Source of the DNA: a virus
IMG/VR virus record: IMGVR_UViG_3300023174_007394
Coordinates: 15,642-79,641 of that record
Reading direction: 5' to 3' (one strand)
DNA length: 64,000 nt
Under the pieces are notes generated by a model. The model did not search any database. It saw only the letters and a list, made by a program, of their open reading frames with translations, and was not told the DNA's origin. The translations under genes were made by a program, and so were the position numbers. Of the stretch, positions 20,289 to 31,150 are shown one piece after another. Position 1 is the first letter of the stretch. Each line of letters opens with the position of its first letter.

Positions 20289-21225
20289 GAAATCGAATAG
20301 GTGCAGCGACCTCAGCACTGCATTTACTACATGTTACAGATAAGCTATTTTTTGTGGCAAATGTTATTTGTTTAGATATAGAGTCTGCTAGAACAAACTG
20401 TGTATAAGACCAATTTTTTGAAACCATTTCATAATCATCGTAAGCTTTTTCATCTAAATCCCTCCAATTGGGTATAATATATGGAGAAGCCTCTGCAAAA
20501 ACAGGATCATATTTTCTATCCTTATCTAATTTCTCTCTAAGAATCTTTCTTATCTTTGTTGAAACACCTATTGTGGGGATAAATAGTTGTATTCCAGCAT
20601 CTCCATTCTTAGGTGTAAGCTGAAAACATCCGTTTTCATTATCGTAATATTTCTTTATAGAATCGCTTAATTTAAAATTTGAAAGTATTCCAGATGATAA
20701 TTCAATCTCATTAGGTATAGGGCAATCTTCTTTTTTACACTCTTTTTGTACTGGTATAAATATTCTATTCTCTCCTTTCACGAAAGTTAAATCTCTTATA
20801 GCCATAAAGATATAAAATCGATCTTCCTGATAAAGATCCATATAATTTAATGGGCCTTCCTGCCATCTGATAGAACAGCATTTAGAAATTATGTGATTAA
20901 TTTTGTCATCTATGTCTATAGGATCATTCTCATCGATGGTGGAAAAATGTCTTATCTCTCCAACCTCTGCAGATCTGATCGAGATTTCCATCTCTGGCGG
21001 ATATCCAAAGGATTCAGATGGTAAATTTGTAGCAGGAATTTTTTTCCATGGTGAATCCATTGCTTGTATAGATCCCGGAACTTTGTCATTAACAAAAGAT
21101 GCCCTACCTAATGAGGTAGATTGTTGTACGTTTTGTGGGGGAAGCGGAATATCATCATACTTGATCTTAGCCGCCAATTCTTTTTGTCTTAATTGCTCTA
21201 ATGCAATTTCATCCATATTATCCAT
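20233..21225 (-). CDS. Baseplate hub / tail assembly chaperone (T4 gp26-like)
   Basis: LPSESFGYP, DRFYIFMAIR, CKKEDC and TCSKC motifs; lies between tail tubes and the large downstream protein. Confidence 0.7.
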   Translation of the reverse strand: MDNMDEIALEQLRQKELAAKIKYDDIPLPPQNVQQSTSLGRASFVNDKVPGSIQAMDSPWKKIPATNLPSESFGYPPEMEISIRSAEVGEIRHFSTIDENDPIDIDDKINHIISKCCSIRWQEGPLNYMDLYQEDRFYIFMAIRDLTFVKGENRIFIPVQKECKKEDCPIPNEIELSSGILSNFKLSDSIKKYYDNENGCFQLTPKNGDAGIQLFIPTIGVSTKIRKILREKLDKDRKYDPVFAEASPYIIPNWRDLDEKAYDDYEMVSKNWSYTQFVLADSISKQITFATKNSLSVTCSKCSAEVAAPIRFRGGIRSLYIISDILGQLL

Positions 21226-21302
21226 AAAATTTCTTTTTATATTTTATCTATCATTACTTCTAGTATCTTCGATAAAATATAATTCGAATTGTATAAGGAT
21301 TA

Positions 21303-21539
21303 TTATTTTTGCTTATTTAAGTATCTCGTAAGCAAGATATACGACAACCAAAAAAAGCCTGAAATTGAATAAAAAACTAAATCTGCTACCCAGTACGATC
21401 CACTCAGATCCATTATCAATTTGAATAATGCGTCGTAACCAAGTGGAAGAAAAAACATTGCTAGCATTAGCGAAGTTTCCTTGTATATCTGTAGTCTTTT
21501 TCCCTTTTCTTTTAATGTTTGAATTTTTTTTAGAATCAC
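21303..21539 (-). CDS. Small 2-TM membrane protein
   Basis: MLAMFFLPLGYDALF and YWVADLVFYSISGFFWLSYILL hydrophobic segments; likely GTG start at 21539. Confidence 0.6.
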   Translation of the reverse strand: MILKKIQTLKEKGKRLQIYKETSLMLAMFFLPLGYDALFKLIMDLSGSYWVADLVFYSISGFFWLSYILLTRYLNKQK

Positions 21540-21586
21540 CGTCGTCCATATATTGGTTGTTTTACTTTCTAAATGAAATACCAAAT

Positions 21587-21617
21587 AAAAAGGCTTATCG
21601 GTAGGATAAGCCTTTTA
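21587..21617. terminator. Intrinsic terminator after the tail tube genes
   Basis: aaaaggcttatc-ggtag-gataagcctttt inverted repeat with flanking A/T tracts. Confidence 0.8.
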
Positions 21618-21635
21618 TATATCTTTTTAATTAGA

Positions 21636-22214
21636 TTAATTAAACACGTCTTCGAAATAGTCTGCTCTAAATTCTGCGCTTATGTTATAAATATTCTGTC
21701 CATTTTCATAACTAAGAGGTAGTGGATCTATAGCTTTGGTTGGGAAGATATTAAAGAATTTCATTCTTCTGAAAACATCTCCTTGTTTATTAAAGATACT
21801 AATTAGCATATAACATCCACCCGCATAATTAGATTTTATACCCATAGCACCAGTAAGAGGATTATAAACTAGATCACCCCATTGTCTAAGTGTTTTGTGA
21901 ACGTAGTTAGAGTTGTTGTCATCTAGGTTAGTATGGAATTGAAGTCTTAGCTTAACACCAGTATCTTCAACTGCTCCTCCAGCATATCTTCTTCCTGAAA
22001 ATTTGTAGTTCTGTTGAACTGGTGTTGGAGTTTTATCTACCTCTAGACCCGAAATCTGAGTGATATTTTCAACTAATAGGGTTCTTCCTCCTGTTCCTAC
22101 AGGGTTAGAAACTGCTGTAGGAGGTTGTAAAATAACCTCAAATTGGTTTAAATATACTGGTTCGTATAAACTTACCGCTGCTTTCGCACTAGTAAAATGT
22201 GGTAATCCTGCCAT
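21636..22214 (-). CDS. Tail tube protein (T4 gp19-like), copy 2
   Basis: EPVYLNQFEV, RQWGDLVYNPLTGAMG; downstream of the sheath. Confidence 0.8.
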   Translation of the reverse strand: MAGLPHFTSAKAAVSLYEPVYLNQFEVILQPPTAVSNPVGTGGRTLLVENITQISGLEVDKTPTPVQQNYKFSGRRYAGGAVEDTGVKLRLQFHTNLDDNNSNYVHKTLRQWGDLVYNPLTGAMGIKSNYAGGCYMLISIFNKQGDVFRRMKFFNIFPTKAIDPLPLSYENGQNIYNISAEFRADYFEDVFN

Positions 22215-22226
22215 TTTATTTTTTTA

Positions 22227-22799
22227 TTATATAAATACATCATCAAAGTAATCAACCGCCCATTGAACTCTTAATGCAAAAAGGTTGTTACTAGTGTAGT
22301 TAAGATCCATAGCATTCAAGTTAGACATAATAAAGCAATCTTTACAAGTGATTCTTCTAAATACATCACCAGCTTTATTAAACACGCTAATAACAATAGT
22401 TCCGCAATAATCTTTCTTAAGTCCCATAGCTCCAGTGAGTGGATTGTGTATTAAATCCGCCCATTGTCTCATGTATTTAAACACGTACATAGAGTTATTA
22501 TTATCAAGGTTAACCTCAAAATTGATTGTTAGATCAAGTCCAGTTCTTGCTGGCTTAGCCCCTGCATAGTATCTCTTTGCGTTTTTGTACATCTGATATA
22601 CTTCACTTGGGTTTTGATCAACTGCAAGTCCTTCTATACCTTTAACATGCTCTAGGAGTATGTTTCCGTTATTTGGGTTACCCTGGGGTACGTTTATTGC
22701 TGTTGGAGGTAATATTAATACCTCAAACTGGTTCGTAAATATCGGTTCAAATTTATTTACCGACGCTTTCGATGTTGTATAATGTGGTAATCCTGCCAT
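22227..22799 (-). CDS. Tail tube protein (T4 gp19-like), copy 1
   Basis: Paralog of the neighbour (MAGLPH, RQWADLIHNPLTGAMG); immediately follows the sheath. Confidence 0.8.
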   Translation of the reverse strand: MAGLPHYTTSKASVNKFEPIFTNQFEVLILPPTAINVPQGNPNNGNILLEHVKGIEGLAVDQNPSEVYQMYKNAKRYYAGAKPARTGLDLTINFEVNLDNNNSMYVFKYMRQWADLIHNPLTGAMGLKKDYCGTIVISVFNKAGDVFRRITCKDCFIMSNLNAMDLNYTSNNLFALRVQWAVDYFDDVFI

Positions 22800-22839
22800 T
22801 TTTTATTTTATATATTCCAATCTTTATATTTCATTCAAA

Positions 22840-25800
22840 TTAACTGAATTGGAAGAAACCACCTGAAGAAATACCACCAGTTCTTGTTACTGTCATTCTA
22901 TTGATAAACTTATGTATTCCTCTAGCAGGCTCGATAATAACATCTATAATACCTATGTTTTGATCGATTATTGCTGGTGTATTGTTTGAGGAATCCATTA
23001 TAGTTAAGTAGTTATAAACACCTCCAACATTTTTAACGCCAGTTAAATAGTTATCTACTATTGTCTTGATCTCCAATCTGATTGAATCTTCGTTGAAGTC
23101 AAATACATAATTTGCCAAGATATCTTCAATGTTCTCTTCTAATGTGATTAAAAGATCTCTAACGTGAAGATTGTTGAACGCAGAGTTTGTTCTTTGATAT
23201 CCAGTTTGGTTACCGTAGATTACTAAACCTATATTTCTTTTTCTTACGATAGGGTTAATTCCGAATGGTTCTAACCAATCTCTATCTACAGTAGCAAAAT
23301 CATATTCAAGTCCTACTAGGTTACTACCTGATAGAATACCTCTTTTTTGACCAGCAACTATTGAATAAGGTTCTCCTGTAACAAATTTTCTAATAAAGTT
23401 ATTACTTACGTGTGCTGCAGGTGGTATATTAAGATTTTTACCATTATCTCTAATCGTTAAGAATGGGGAGAATACGCCGCAGAATTTAGCACCAAGATCT
23501 TCATCAGGCAAAGTAAATCTGTATGAAGGATTAAGTGCCAAATTACCGCCTTCTGCAATGTATTTAGCATTTAAAAGCGGAGAAGGATTAGTAGCAGTTG
23601 GTGCATCAGTAAATCTAGGATCAACTGAATCTTTAAACTTGTTGATTGACGGTGCATTCAAAAGAGCTAAACATTTTTGTCTTAGCTTAGCAAGTCTAGA
23701 TAGCTGAGACTTAGAATTTGTTTTAATTTGACCATCGAATGTATCAACAATATATCTAAATGTGATGATATTTCTATCAGACAAAGTATTAGCTATGTTA
23801 GTGTCGAAAAGAACATCTAATATTTGATCCAATCTATCATCAGTACCATTAGGTCTGTGTGAAGCCTTCATTTGGAAGCCAGGAAGATAACTGAATTTGT
23901 AGCTGCTTATGAATTCATGAACCGCTTTAAATTTGTTAACTTTTGGTGTAGATCCGCCAAATAATAATATTGGTCTATCAGTTTTAACGTAGATAGTATA
24001 ATTACCAGGTGATCCCGGGATTGGTACTCTCTTAACCTCATTAATTCTTGTTAATCTGTTGGTTTTTATCCCATTGTTATTCTCGAAAGAAACTAGATCT
24101 TGAGAAACTAGCAAATCACCAACTTTAAGACCAGAAGCAGTTACGTCCATTAAAGACATCTCAACTTGACTAGGTCCGATTATTGAAAGAATATCAACAT
24201 ACTCATTTAAGTTACCTACTATAGAGATAATATTTAACATATTAGCTCCTATTGTGTCTGCAGGACCATTTGCTGTAGACTTATAACTGAAATCCCAGTC
24301 TGCAGCATCTAATTGAGTTCCCTCAAGTTGTTCTGTAGGATATGCTGCTAATGTGATAGTATCAAATCCATCTCTATCAACCGATAATTGAAGTTTAATG
24401 TATTGAAGTGAAGCTCCATCATATGAAGTGTGTATAACATCACCATCGCTAATAGATCCTAAATTATAATCTTTAAACATCTGAGATCCTGCATATCCAT
24501 AATATGAGTAATTGCTTATTGGAGCAATAGGCTCTGGACTTCCGTAAAGACCAGGAGATGTTTCAACTGGATCCAATCTATCAAAGTAGTTAGGAGTACC
24601 GAATTGGTAAAAACCAGCATTTAGATCAGTGTCATCATATGGCTCAACATATTGATTTAGAGTGGTATACAAAGGATGTGACCAAAGTATTCTTAATTGA
24701 ACGTCTCCCGGAGCAACTGTTATTAATTTAACATCCATAACCATCAATTTAACTAAGTCATCATCAACAAATGATCTTCCTGCATCAACATTTCCAGCAA
24801 TTGAATTAATTACCTTACCAACTATGTATTTTGGTTCTGGATTTGCTACTGTTGGAGTTAAATATGTCTGTAAAGCAGCTACTCTATCATCCTTATCTAC
24901 TCCAGAAAATGCAGTTTGTAAGTATGGATATCCCATCTCTAAAGCAGCAGGATCGTAAGCTAAGAAATCTGCGCTATCAACCCCTGGAGAACCTGCTCCA
25001 ACTTCTGAGTAAAAATCTCCACCTTCAATTAAATCCTGTCCAGTTCCATTATCAGCAACTGTAAGGTATTTTTGCTCATAAGTAAGATCAGAGCTAAATG
25101 GTGAACTATAACTTAAAAAGTTTATATCAGTAATAGGATCGTTAGCTGGATTTAAAACTCCAGTTAAATGGTGACCAACTAGATCTATAACAGATCCATT
25201 ACTTCCTAAATCGTCTAAAGCTTCTTCATTAACAGCACATAAGATACCAGTTTGACCTACTTGAGTGTTTACTAGAGTCTTAATGTATCTTGCTACTCCG
25301 TTTTGATCCACAAAGTCAGGAATTAAACATCCTGTAACAGAGAAAAGCATATTAATTTCTGTCAATCCTAAGAATTGATCTAATTTGTCTTTTATAAATC
25401 CTTTAGAGCTAAAATACTGAGAATATACAGGATCTTGACTAAGAGCTAAATAATTAGTCCAGTTTCCACTGATTGCAATAACATCGATGAATAGATCTGA
25501 GATATAATCTTGTGGGTGTAAGAACACTGGAACATTATTAGGTCCAAAATGCTCAGATGCAGTTATATCAAATCCTTTAAGAGGAACACTAGAATCTATA
25601 GACTTCTTGACAATTATACTAACTTCTGCTTGGCTAAGGTTAACAATACTAAAAAGTTTAGATTTTTCTGAAGTATGAGTTGTGGCAAGAAGCATTTGAG
25701 GATCTGGATACCAGAATCTCTCTTTATTATAATAAGATGAAACTAATTTATCTTGGTTAGAAAGAAGTGTATTAGATGTAGCATATGTTGTTGTATAGTT

Positions 25801-26199
25801 TACACCATTAGCTTCTACTGTATCCACAGAGAAAGCTCTATATCTAGCAACATCCGCTCCGCTTTCAACATCAGGCTCACCTGTTAATTCTACCACTGAA
25901 TTATTAAGCTTTAAAAGATTAAGAGCGAAGATAGGTCCGCTACTTAAACAAGTAAGCATTGATCTGTGGAAGAATGAACCTTTCTTTTCTAGGGTTCTGT
26001 CGATATCGCCGAAGATCTTGATAGCAGTTGCCTGATCAGGAACATAAACGGGCGTATTGAAAGGCCCTTTTGAAGAAAATCCAACAACCAGTCTAACTGT
26101 TTGGGGATTTACTATGATATTTTCAGAAGCATCATATTCTAGAGTGTAAACCCCTGAGCTTTTGAAAACGGATAAATCTAATGTTAACTTTTTTGCCAT
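22840..26199 (-). CDS. Tail sheath protein (gp18-like)
   Basis: SGVYTLEYD, VGFSSKGPFNTP N-terminus; AGQKRG, INPI, NLHVRDLLI, FDFNE, CD-like MDSSNNTP C-terminal motifs. Confidence 0.92.
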   Translation of the reverse strand: MAKKLTLDLSVFKSSGVYTLEYDASENIIVNPQTVRLVVGFSSKGPFNTPVYVPDQATAIKIFGDIDRTLEKKGSFFHRSMLTCLSSGPIFALNLLKLNNSVVELTGEPDVESGADVARYRAFSVDTVEANGVNYTTTYATSNTLLSNQDKLVSSYYNKERFWYPDPQMLLATTHTSEKSKLFSIVNLSQAEVSIIVKKSIDSSVPLKGFDITASEHFGPNNVPVFLHPQDYISDLFIDVIAISGNWTNYLALSQDPVYSQYFSSKGFIKDKLDQFLGLTEINMLFSVTGCLIPDFVDQNGVARYIKTLVNTQVGQTGILCAVNEEALDDLGSNGSVIDLVGHHLTGVLNPANDPITDINFLSYSSPFSSDLTYEQKYLTVADNGTGQDLIEGGDFYSEVGAGSPGVDSADFLAYDPAALEMGYPYLQTAFSGVDKDDRVAALQTYLTPTVANPEPKYIVGKVINSIAGNVDAGRSFVDDDLVKLMVMDVKLITVAPGDVQLRILWSHPLYTTLNQYVEPYDDTDLNAGFYQFGTPNYFDRLDPVETSPGLYGSPEPIAPISNYSYYGYAGSQMFKDYNLGSISDGDVIHTSYDGASLQYIKLQLSVDRDGFDTITLAAYPTEQLEGTQLDAADWDFSYKSTANGPADTIGANMLNIISIVGNLNEYVDILSIIGPSQVEMSLMDVTASGLKVGDLLVSQDLVSFENNNGIKTNRLTRINEVKRVPIPGSPGNYTIYVKTDRPILLFGGSTPKVNKFKAVHEFISSYKFSYLPGFQMKASHRPNGTDDRLDQILDVLFDTNIANTLSDRNIITFRYIVDTFDGQIKTNSKSQLSRLAKLRQKCLALLNAPSINKFKDSVDPRFTDAPTATNPSPLLNAKYIAEGGNLALNPSYRFTLPDEDLGAKFCGVFSPFLTIRDNGKNLNIPPAAHVSNNFIRKFVTGEPYSIVAGQKRGILSGSNLVGLEYDFATVDRDWLEPFGINPIVRKRNIGLVIYGNQTGYQRTNSAFNNLHVRDLLITLEENIEDILANYVFDFNEDSIRLEIKTIVDNYLTGVKNVGGVYNYLTIMDSSNNTPAIIDQNIGIIDVIIEPARGIHKFINRMTVTRTGGISSGGFFQFS

Positions 26200-26315
26200 T
26201 TTATGTTTTTTAATTCTATATATCTTTTTTAGGGAGAAAATTTTTCTTCACACCCTATATTGTTATCAATGGATAAAAATATTTAAGATATTATATTACT
26301 ATATATCTAAAAAAA

Positions 26316-28121
26316 CTAGAAAAAATCTTTAAATATATTATATGTTTCCATCTCCCTAGTAGAAAGGTCAGAAATGCTTGTATTTTCACTTCCTAGTAGC
26401 TTTTTATTTATGCTATCTTTATATTTTTCAGGTAGAGTATCAAATATATCCATAACTAAATAATTAAAATCCTCGTATTCAAAAATAGCATTGGAATTAA
26501 CTAGAGTCATAGCAATATCATCTTTTCCTATTTGACTCTGGTATATTCCTTTGGATGTCTCTCCAAAATTGCTTAATTCTAAGATAGAAGTGTATTCTGT
26601 AGGTATTATTTTAGAATTTCTGGTGTTTATTTTTAAATCTTCACAATATTTTTCTTTAGTCTTGGGTGTAACCTTGACACCACACTTTAATTGTTTAGAG
26701 CTTTCTGTGTGTTTAGTGAACACAAACATCTCGGTAAATAATTTTTCGCCTCCTAATATTTTATCTATTAAATATTCCCCTCTATAATCAACCTCTACAA
26801 TTAATTTTACCTGTTCTGCATTAAATACCTCTGAGCAAAGTATTTCTATAAAGACCTTAAGCTCTTCTATTTGTATGGTATTAGATCTAAAAAGGCCAAC
26901 TTGTAAAAGACAAAAGAAATCAGATTCATCCTCATAAAACTTTTTCTCTGTTATAAGATTTAATGGTAAGGGTGATATTTTTAAAATATTGACAACTGTA
27001 TAATCCCCACCTCCTCCGCCTGCTGTATCTACAGATATCACAAATCTTTTATTTTCACCTTCCTCCCAAAGATTAGTTGGATCGAAGTTTGGATGCCAAA
27101 GAAGATTTTCATAATCTATTATTGAATTTTGAAATGGTAATAGTTCTTTATGAACAAATTTCATTTCTGTTTTCTTTAATTTTTTTAATGTATACGAATC
27201 TAATAATAGTTTAGAAGAGCTTAAAAATTGATTTCCGTACTCCTGATTAAAATCCTCCTCTGATCCCAGATTTGATATTTCTCTTTTTTTCCATTCATCA
27301 TCTCTTCCTGGAACCTGCCACCAGTCCACTCTTATTGGGTTAAATTCATTCTCTCCTTCTATAGCAGATTTATAGATCTCATAGAATTTATTCATACCAT
27401 TAGGGGTGGATGTAATAATAATCCTTGATATTTGTGATGAAGATATAGTTGGATATACGGATTTAAAGAATTGGCCTATAAAATTAGGATTAATATGAGC
27501 AAACTCATCCATGTATAAAAAGTGAACTGTAAAACCGATAGAAGACTGCTTAGTTGTTGTTTTAGCCATGATTCTACAGCCGTTATCAAACTTCATGGTC
27601 ATAACATTATAAACAAGTATACCTGGCTTTAAAAAGAAAGGTAGGCCCCTCATAATGGTTTTAATTTTATCCATCAGTTCAGTAGCAGTATCACCGATAT
27701 TTGCAAGGATCATAGCATTCTTATCGAAATTGAAAAGAAGATACCATAATAAAAATATAGAAGATGTTACAGTTTTTCCACTTTGTCTGGGTGAAAGAAA
27801 TATATTAAAGCGGTGTTCTTGGTATTGACTTAATATTTGTTCCTGATAATCCCTGAGTGTTATCTTTTTAACACCCTCATCGGTCATTACTCTACAATAC
27901 TTATTTGCAAAGTATATAACATCACTTGCACACTTCTTTATTTCGGATATTTCATCCTCTGTGTATTCAAAAAGAATTCCACCGCTCCTTAAATCCGGAT
28001 CATTTTCATGGAAAGGATTATCAAGATCCTTAAAATCTATTCCATTTTCGTCAGCTTTTTTAATTACCTCTTCTACTCGAGCTGTGCTCCAATAATTACT
28101 TTTTACTTTTTCTTCTGCCAT
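26316..28121 (-). CDS. terL: Terminase large subunit (gp17-like)
   Basis: LRDYQ, PRQSGKT Walker A, YMDEFAH Walker B, ITSTPNG, FNQEY, ISVDTAGG and DD nuclease motifs. Confidence 0.95.
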   Translation of the reverse strand: MAEEKVKSNYWSTARVEEVIKKADENGIDFKDLDNPFHENDPDLRSGGILFEYTEDEISEIKKCASDVIYFANKYCRVMTDEGVKKITLRDYQEQILSQYQEHRFNIFLSPRQSGKTVTSSIFLLWYLLFNFDKNAMILANIGDTATELMDKIKTIMRGLPFFLKPGILVYNVMTMKFDNGCRIMAKTTTKQSSIGFTVHFLYMDEFAHINPNFIGQFFKSVYPTISSSQISRIIITSTPNGMNKFYEIYKSAIEGENEFNPIRVDWWQVPGRDDEWKKREISNLGSEEDFNQEYGNQFLSSSKLLLDSYTLKKLKKTEMKFVHKELLPFQNSIIDYENLLWHPNFDPTNLWEEGENKRFVISVDTAGGGGGDYTVVNILKISPLPLNLITEKKFYEDESDFFCLLQVGLFRSNTIQIEELKVFIEILCSEVFNAEQVKLIVEVDYRGEYLIDKILGGEKLFTEMFVFTKHTESSKQLKCGVKVTPKTKEKYCEDLKINTRNSKIIPTEYTSILELSNFGETSKGIYQSQIGKDDIAMTLVNSNAIFEYEDFNYLVMDIFDTLPEKYKDSINKKLLGSENTSISDLSTREMETYNIFKDFF

Positions 28122-28124
28122 ATA

Positions 28125-28925
28125 TTAAAATAAATCATCATCAAGATCTATCTTTGTTTCATCTTCCTTTTGCCTTAGAAGTTCTGCCTCTGGGGCTATT
28201 AGATCTTTTTGCTTTGGGTCTATAAGATTATTAATAGGCGTCTCCTCCACCACTTGTGCTTTTTTAATAATGACCTCAGTTTTTATAGTGTTTTGCAGGC
28301 CTTCCATTAGGGATTTATTACCTCTTACTTTGACAGTTCCACCCTCTCCTGATATTCCGGGAATAATGACAGGAGCACCATCATCTCCCATCATTAGGGG
28401 TTGTTTAGTGCTATCCGATGCCTTAGCCTCTACGTTTAAACTTTTATAGGTTTTCTCCATATCAGCAAGATATGATTGGAGCTTAGCTGGCATTTGCATT
28501 AATTGGTTTTGCATCTGTGCTAATACCTCAAAATTTCTAGCTTGATACTGACCTCCAGCATCTATTTCATCAAGCATTTTTGTAACAGCATGTTGTGCTG
28601 TTCTAATTTGAAATGCCATCGTTGAAATACTTAAAGCATCTATTTTAGCCCTATAATTAACATAATCTCCTTCCTCTATAATATCGGAATCCATATAGAA
28701 TTTGATAAGAGAATTTAAAATACTTTTAGCCTCTGTTTCTACCTCAGTCTTTAAATTATCAAAATTCATCATCCTACTTGGTTTCATAGGAGGTATATCA
28801 GGGGATCCTAAATCATCTAAAAGATCGTCTGCAAATATCAGGTCCTCTAATTCTTTTTTCTTTCTTAGAGCATCCTCTTTTGTTAGCTTAGTTTCCGGCT
28901 TATTTTTAGGTGGTCTTCTTGGCAT
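28125..28925 (-). CDS. Putative terminase small subunit
   Basis: Directly upstream of terL; helical with ARNFEVLAQMQ motif. Confidence 0.55.
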   Translation of the reverse strand: MPRRPPKNKPETKLTKEDALRKKKELEDLIFADDLLDDLGSPDIPPMKPSRMMNFDNLKTEVETEAKSILNSLIKFYMDSDIIEEGDYVNYRAKIDALSISTMAFQIRTAQHAVTKMLDEIDAGGQYQARNFEVLAQMQNQLMQMPAKLQSYLADMEKTYKSLNVEAKASDSTKQPLMMGDDGAPVIIPGISGEGGTVKVRGNKSLMEGLQNTIKTEVIIKKAQVVEETPINNLIDPKQKDLIAPEAELLRQKEDETKIDLDDDLF

Positions 28926-28940
28926 CCGGTTTTATTATAT

Positions 28941-31106
28941 TTATCTGTTTTTAACAATTTTTGGAAGCTTCAAAACAGGTTTAGCATTATCTATAATTAT
29001 TGCTAATTGAGAATCGTTAACAATATTTTGATTTAATATCGCTGATTGCTTTTCTTTTTCAATCATATTTTGGAAGATCCTTAAATTTGTTAGGTATATG
29101 TGACTTCCTAAAATCTTATATGAATTATTATCTGATTTAAATGTTTCTACTTGATTGCTTAATTCGATATCCGAAGGTATAGAATACATATATTTTTGTG
29201 AATTTAATCCCTCTTTTATATGCACCAATCCAAGATCAGAAGTTTGTGAAGCTGTATTTTCAGGATCATATAGCATTTTCCAAACATTTATTGAATATTG
29301 CTTGAATGCGTTAGAAAAATTAAATACAAATCCATACCAATCGTCTAGGTTTGGAATAAATTCTCCTATGCCCGTGTCTATACCAGAACCAAAAGGTGAA
29401 AGTATTTCCAAATCATTTATTAAAATTCTAAATGATCCTATTTCAATATATTTACTGCTTGTACCCTCGTTAGAGCCTGACCATATCATTTGTATTTGTA
29501 TGCCCTCACTGTTTTTTCTTCCATAGATAAGTGTTCTTGCCTGTGCTTTTTGCATTCTCCATGTGCTCAGTGAAGCTGTAATTGGTGTACCTGTGTCCTT
29601 AACGGTAAATGTATATTCATCATTTATAGCCAATATTTTAAATCCTCCAGAATGCGAAGCATCCCCAAGTATAGAAACATATCCCTCTGGATTAGTTCCC
29701 ATTGTTAGTCTATGAGTTTGTGGATATGTTGAATAAGTAATTGTTCCGTCTGATGTGGTATATGATGCTATAGGAATTTTAGGATCAGGTTTACTAACTA
29801 GTTTTGTTTTGTCAATGTAATTTCTAACCTTAAACCAACATGTGAAAGCTATTTCATCATTTTCACCAAGTATTGGTAGTGATTTGTATCTAACAGCTTG
29901 TCTTTGTTCGTCTGTTTTACTATTAGAATTAGGATCATCATATAGATATCTCTCCAGATCATAATAGCTATTAAATACAATTGTCCAGCTGTTATTTAAA
30001 TCATACTCAATGATAGGAAGATAGCGATCAATATATCCTCTTGAGGGATCTTCGTTCCTTCTTTGAGAAGAAACAAAATATTGTTGAGGTTTAGTTATTT
30101 TTTCTATCTCCTCTTGTACTTCCTCACCAAAAAGATCCTTTGTATTAACTGTATAATCTAAAAGTTCTTTTTCCACCGCAGGATCATTAAATTTCGTGTT
30201 TAGCTTCACGTCATATTTCATCAATTGACATTTAAAATAAACAGGGTAAAGATTAAAATCCCTATGTAAGTATGTTGATTCTATTTGATATATTCTATTA
30301 GTTAGAGGAAAGAAAATGATGTCTCTTTTTCTTGGCTGCGAGCCTTTTCCAAATATGCTTTCAAAATATTTTCTATCTATATGAACTTCTAAAGGCTGTT
30401 CAAACTGAATTCCAAATGTGTCATAAATAGGCTTATTGTCTGGAAAATTATTCTGAGGTACTAAAACCTTTATACATTTATCTTCTACAACATCAAATAG
30501 GCTGTATTCTTTTAAAACAACGTCTTTACCCCTGCCATTTGGCTGTACTGAATAGTAATTTACCTCGTGACCGAAAAGTGTGTTTACTGTTCGGCTTAAA
30601 TCTTGGTAAATATTTATGCCTCTATTAACGTCATAAGGTTGAAATAATGTGCTAGCAGAACAATCCCTAAAGATTATAGATTTAGTGTAAAGCTCTTTTG
30701 AACAAAGAATCACAGGTTTTGTAGCAAAATCTCTTAAATCTATAACTTTATATTCCAGATCAAGATCAAAATTTTCAAGCAGTATTCCAGGGCTAAGATC
30801 TGTTCCCTCCGGATAATATGGACTTGAATACTCGTCTGAAAATGCGGTAAATCTAAACTCTAGATAAAGATCTTTATCTGGATTAAGATCCAATCCTGTA
30901 GTGTTTTCCACAGTTAAAGGCATCCATAAAGACCAATTGCTGTTATTTAAGCTCCACCTAAACTCATTCTTTAAATAAGAGGAAGGAAATACTTCTCCTG
31001 AGGTATCTATAATCCATCCATTGAATTTTTTAACATTTTTAAATGGTGAATTATAATTAATAATTCTATAGTTTCCTATGCTGGAGAATATAATAGATTC
31101 GTTCAT
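28941..31106 (-). CDS. Neck protein (gp14-like) with extra domains
   Basis: Central FGHEVNY...FGIQFE...HIDRKYF...PRKRDIIFFPLTNRIYQI segment. Confidence 0.7.
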   Translation of the reverse strand: MNESIIFSSIGNYRIINYNSPFKNVKKFNGWIIDTSGEVFPSSYLKNEFRWSLNNSNWSLWMPLTVENTTGLDLNPDKDLYLEFRFTAFSDEYSSPYYPEGTDLSPGILLENFDLDLEYKVIDLRDFATKPVILCSKELYTKSIIFRDCSASTLFQPYDVNRGINIYQDLSRTVNTLFGHEVNYYSVQPNGRGKDVVLKEYSLFDVVEDKCIKVLVPQNNFPDNKPIYDTFGIQFEQPLEVHIDRKYFESIFGKGSQPRKRDIIFFPLTNRIYQIESTYLHRDFNLYPVYFKCQLMKYDVKLNTKFNDPAVEKELLDYTVNTKDLFGEEVQEEIEKITKPQQYFVSSQRRNEDPSRGYIDRYLPIIEYDLNNSWTIVFNSYYDLERYLYDDPNSNSKTDEQRQAVRYKSLPILGENDEIAFTCWFKVRNYIDKTKLVSKPDPKIPIASYTTSDGTITYSTYPQTHRLTMGTNPEGYVSILGDASHSGGFKILAINDEYTFTVKDTGTPITASLSTWRMQKAQARTLIYGRKNSEGIQIQMIWSGSNEGTSSKYIEIGSFRILINDLEILSPFGSGIDTGIGEFIPNLDDWYGFVFNFSNAFKQYSINVWKMLYDPENTASQTSDLGLVHIKEGLNSQKYMYSIPSDIELSNQVETFKSDNNSYKILGSHIYLTNLRIFQNMIEKEKQSAILNQNIVNDSQLAIIIDNAKPVLKLPKIVKNR

Positions 31107-31150
31107 TAAACATATATATCAGTGAACAATATCTCCAGTCTCTAAAAAAA

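Noticed and set aside
21313-21549. MDDGDSKK overlapping ORF and possible slippage at the A8 run
   Set aside because: The ATG overlaps an AATATAT promoter-like motif, and GTG at 21539 explains the membrane ORF without a shift.
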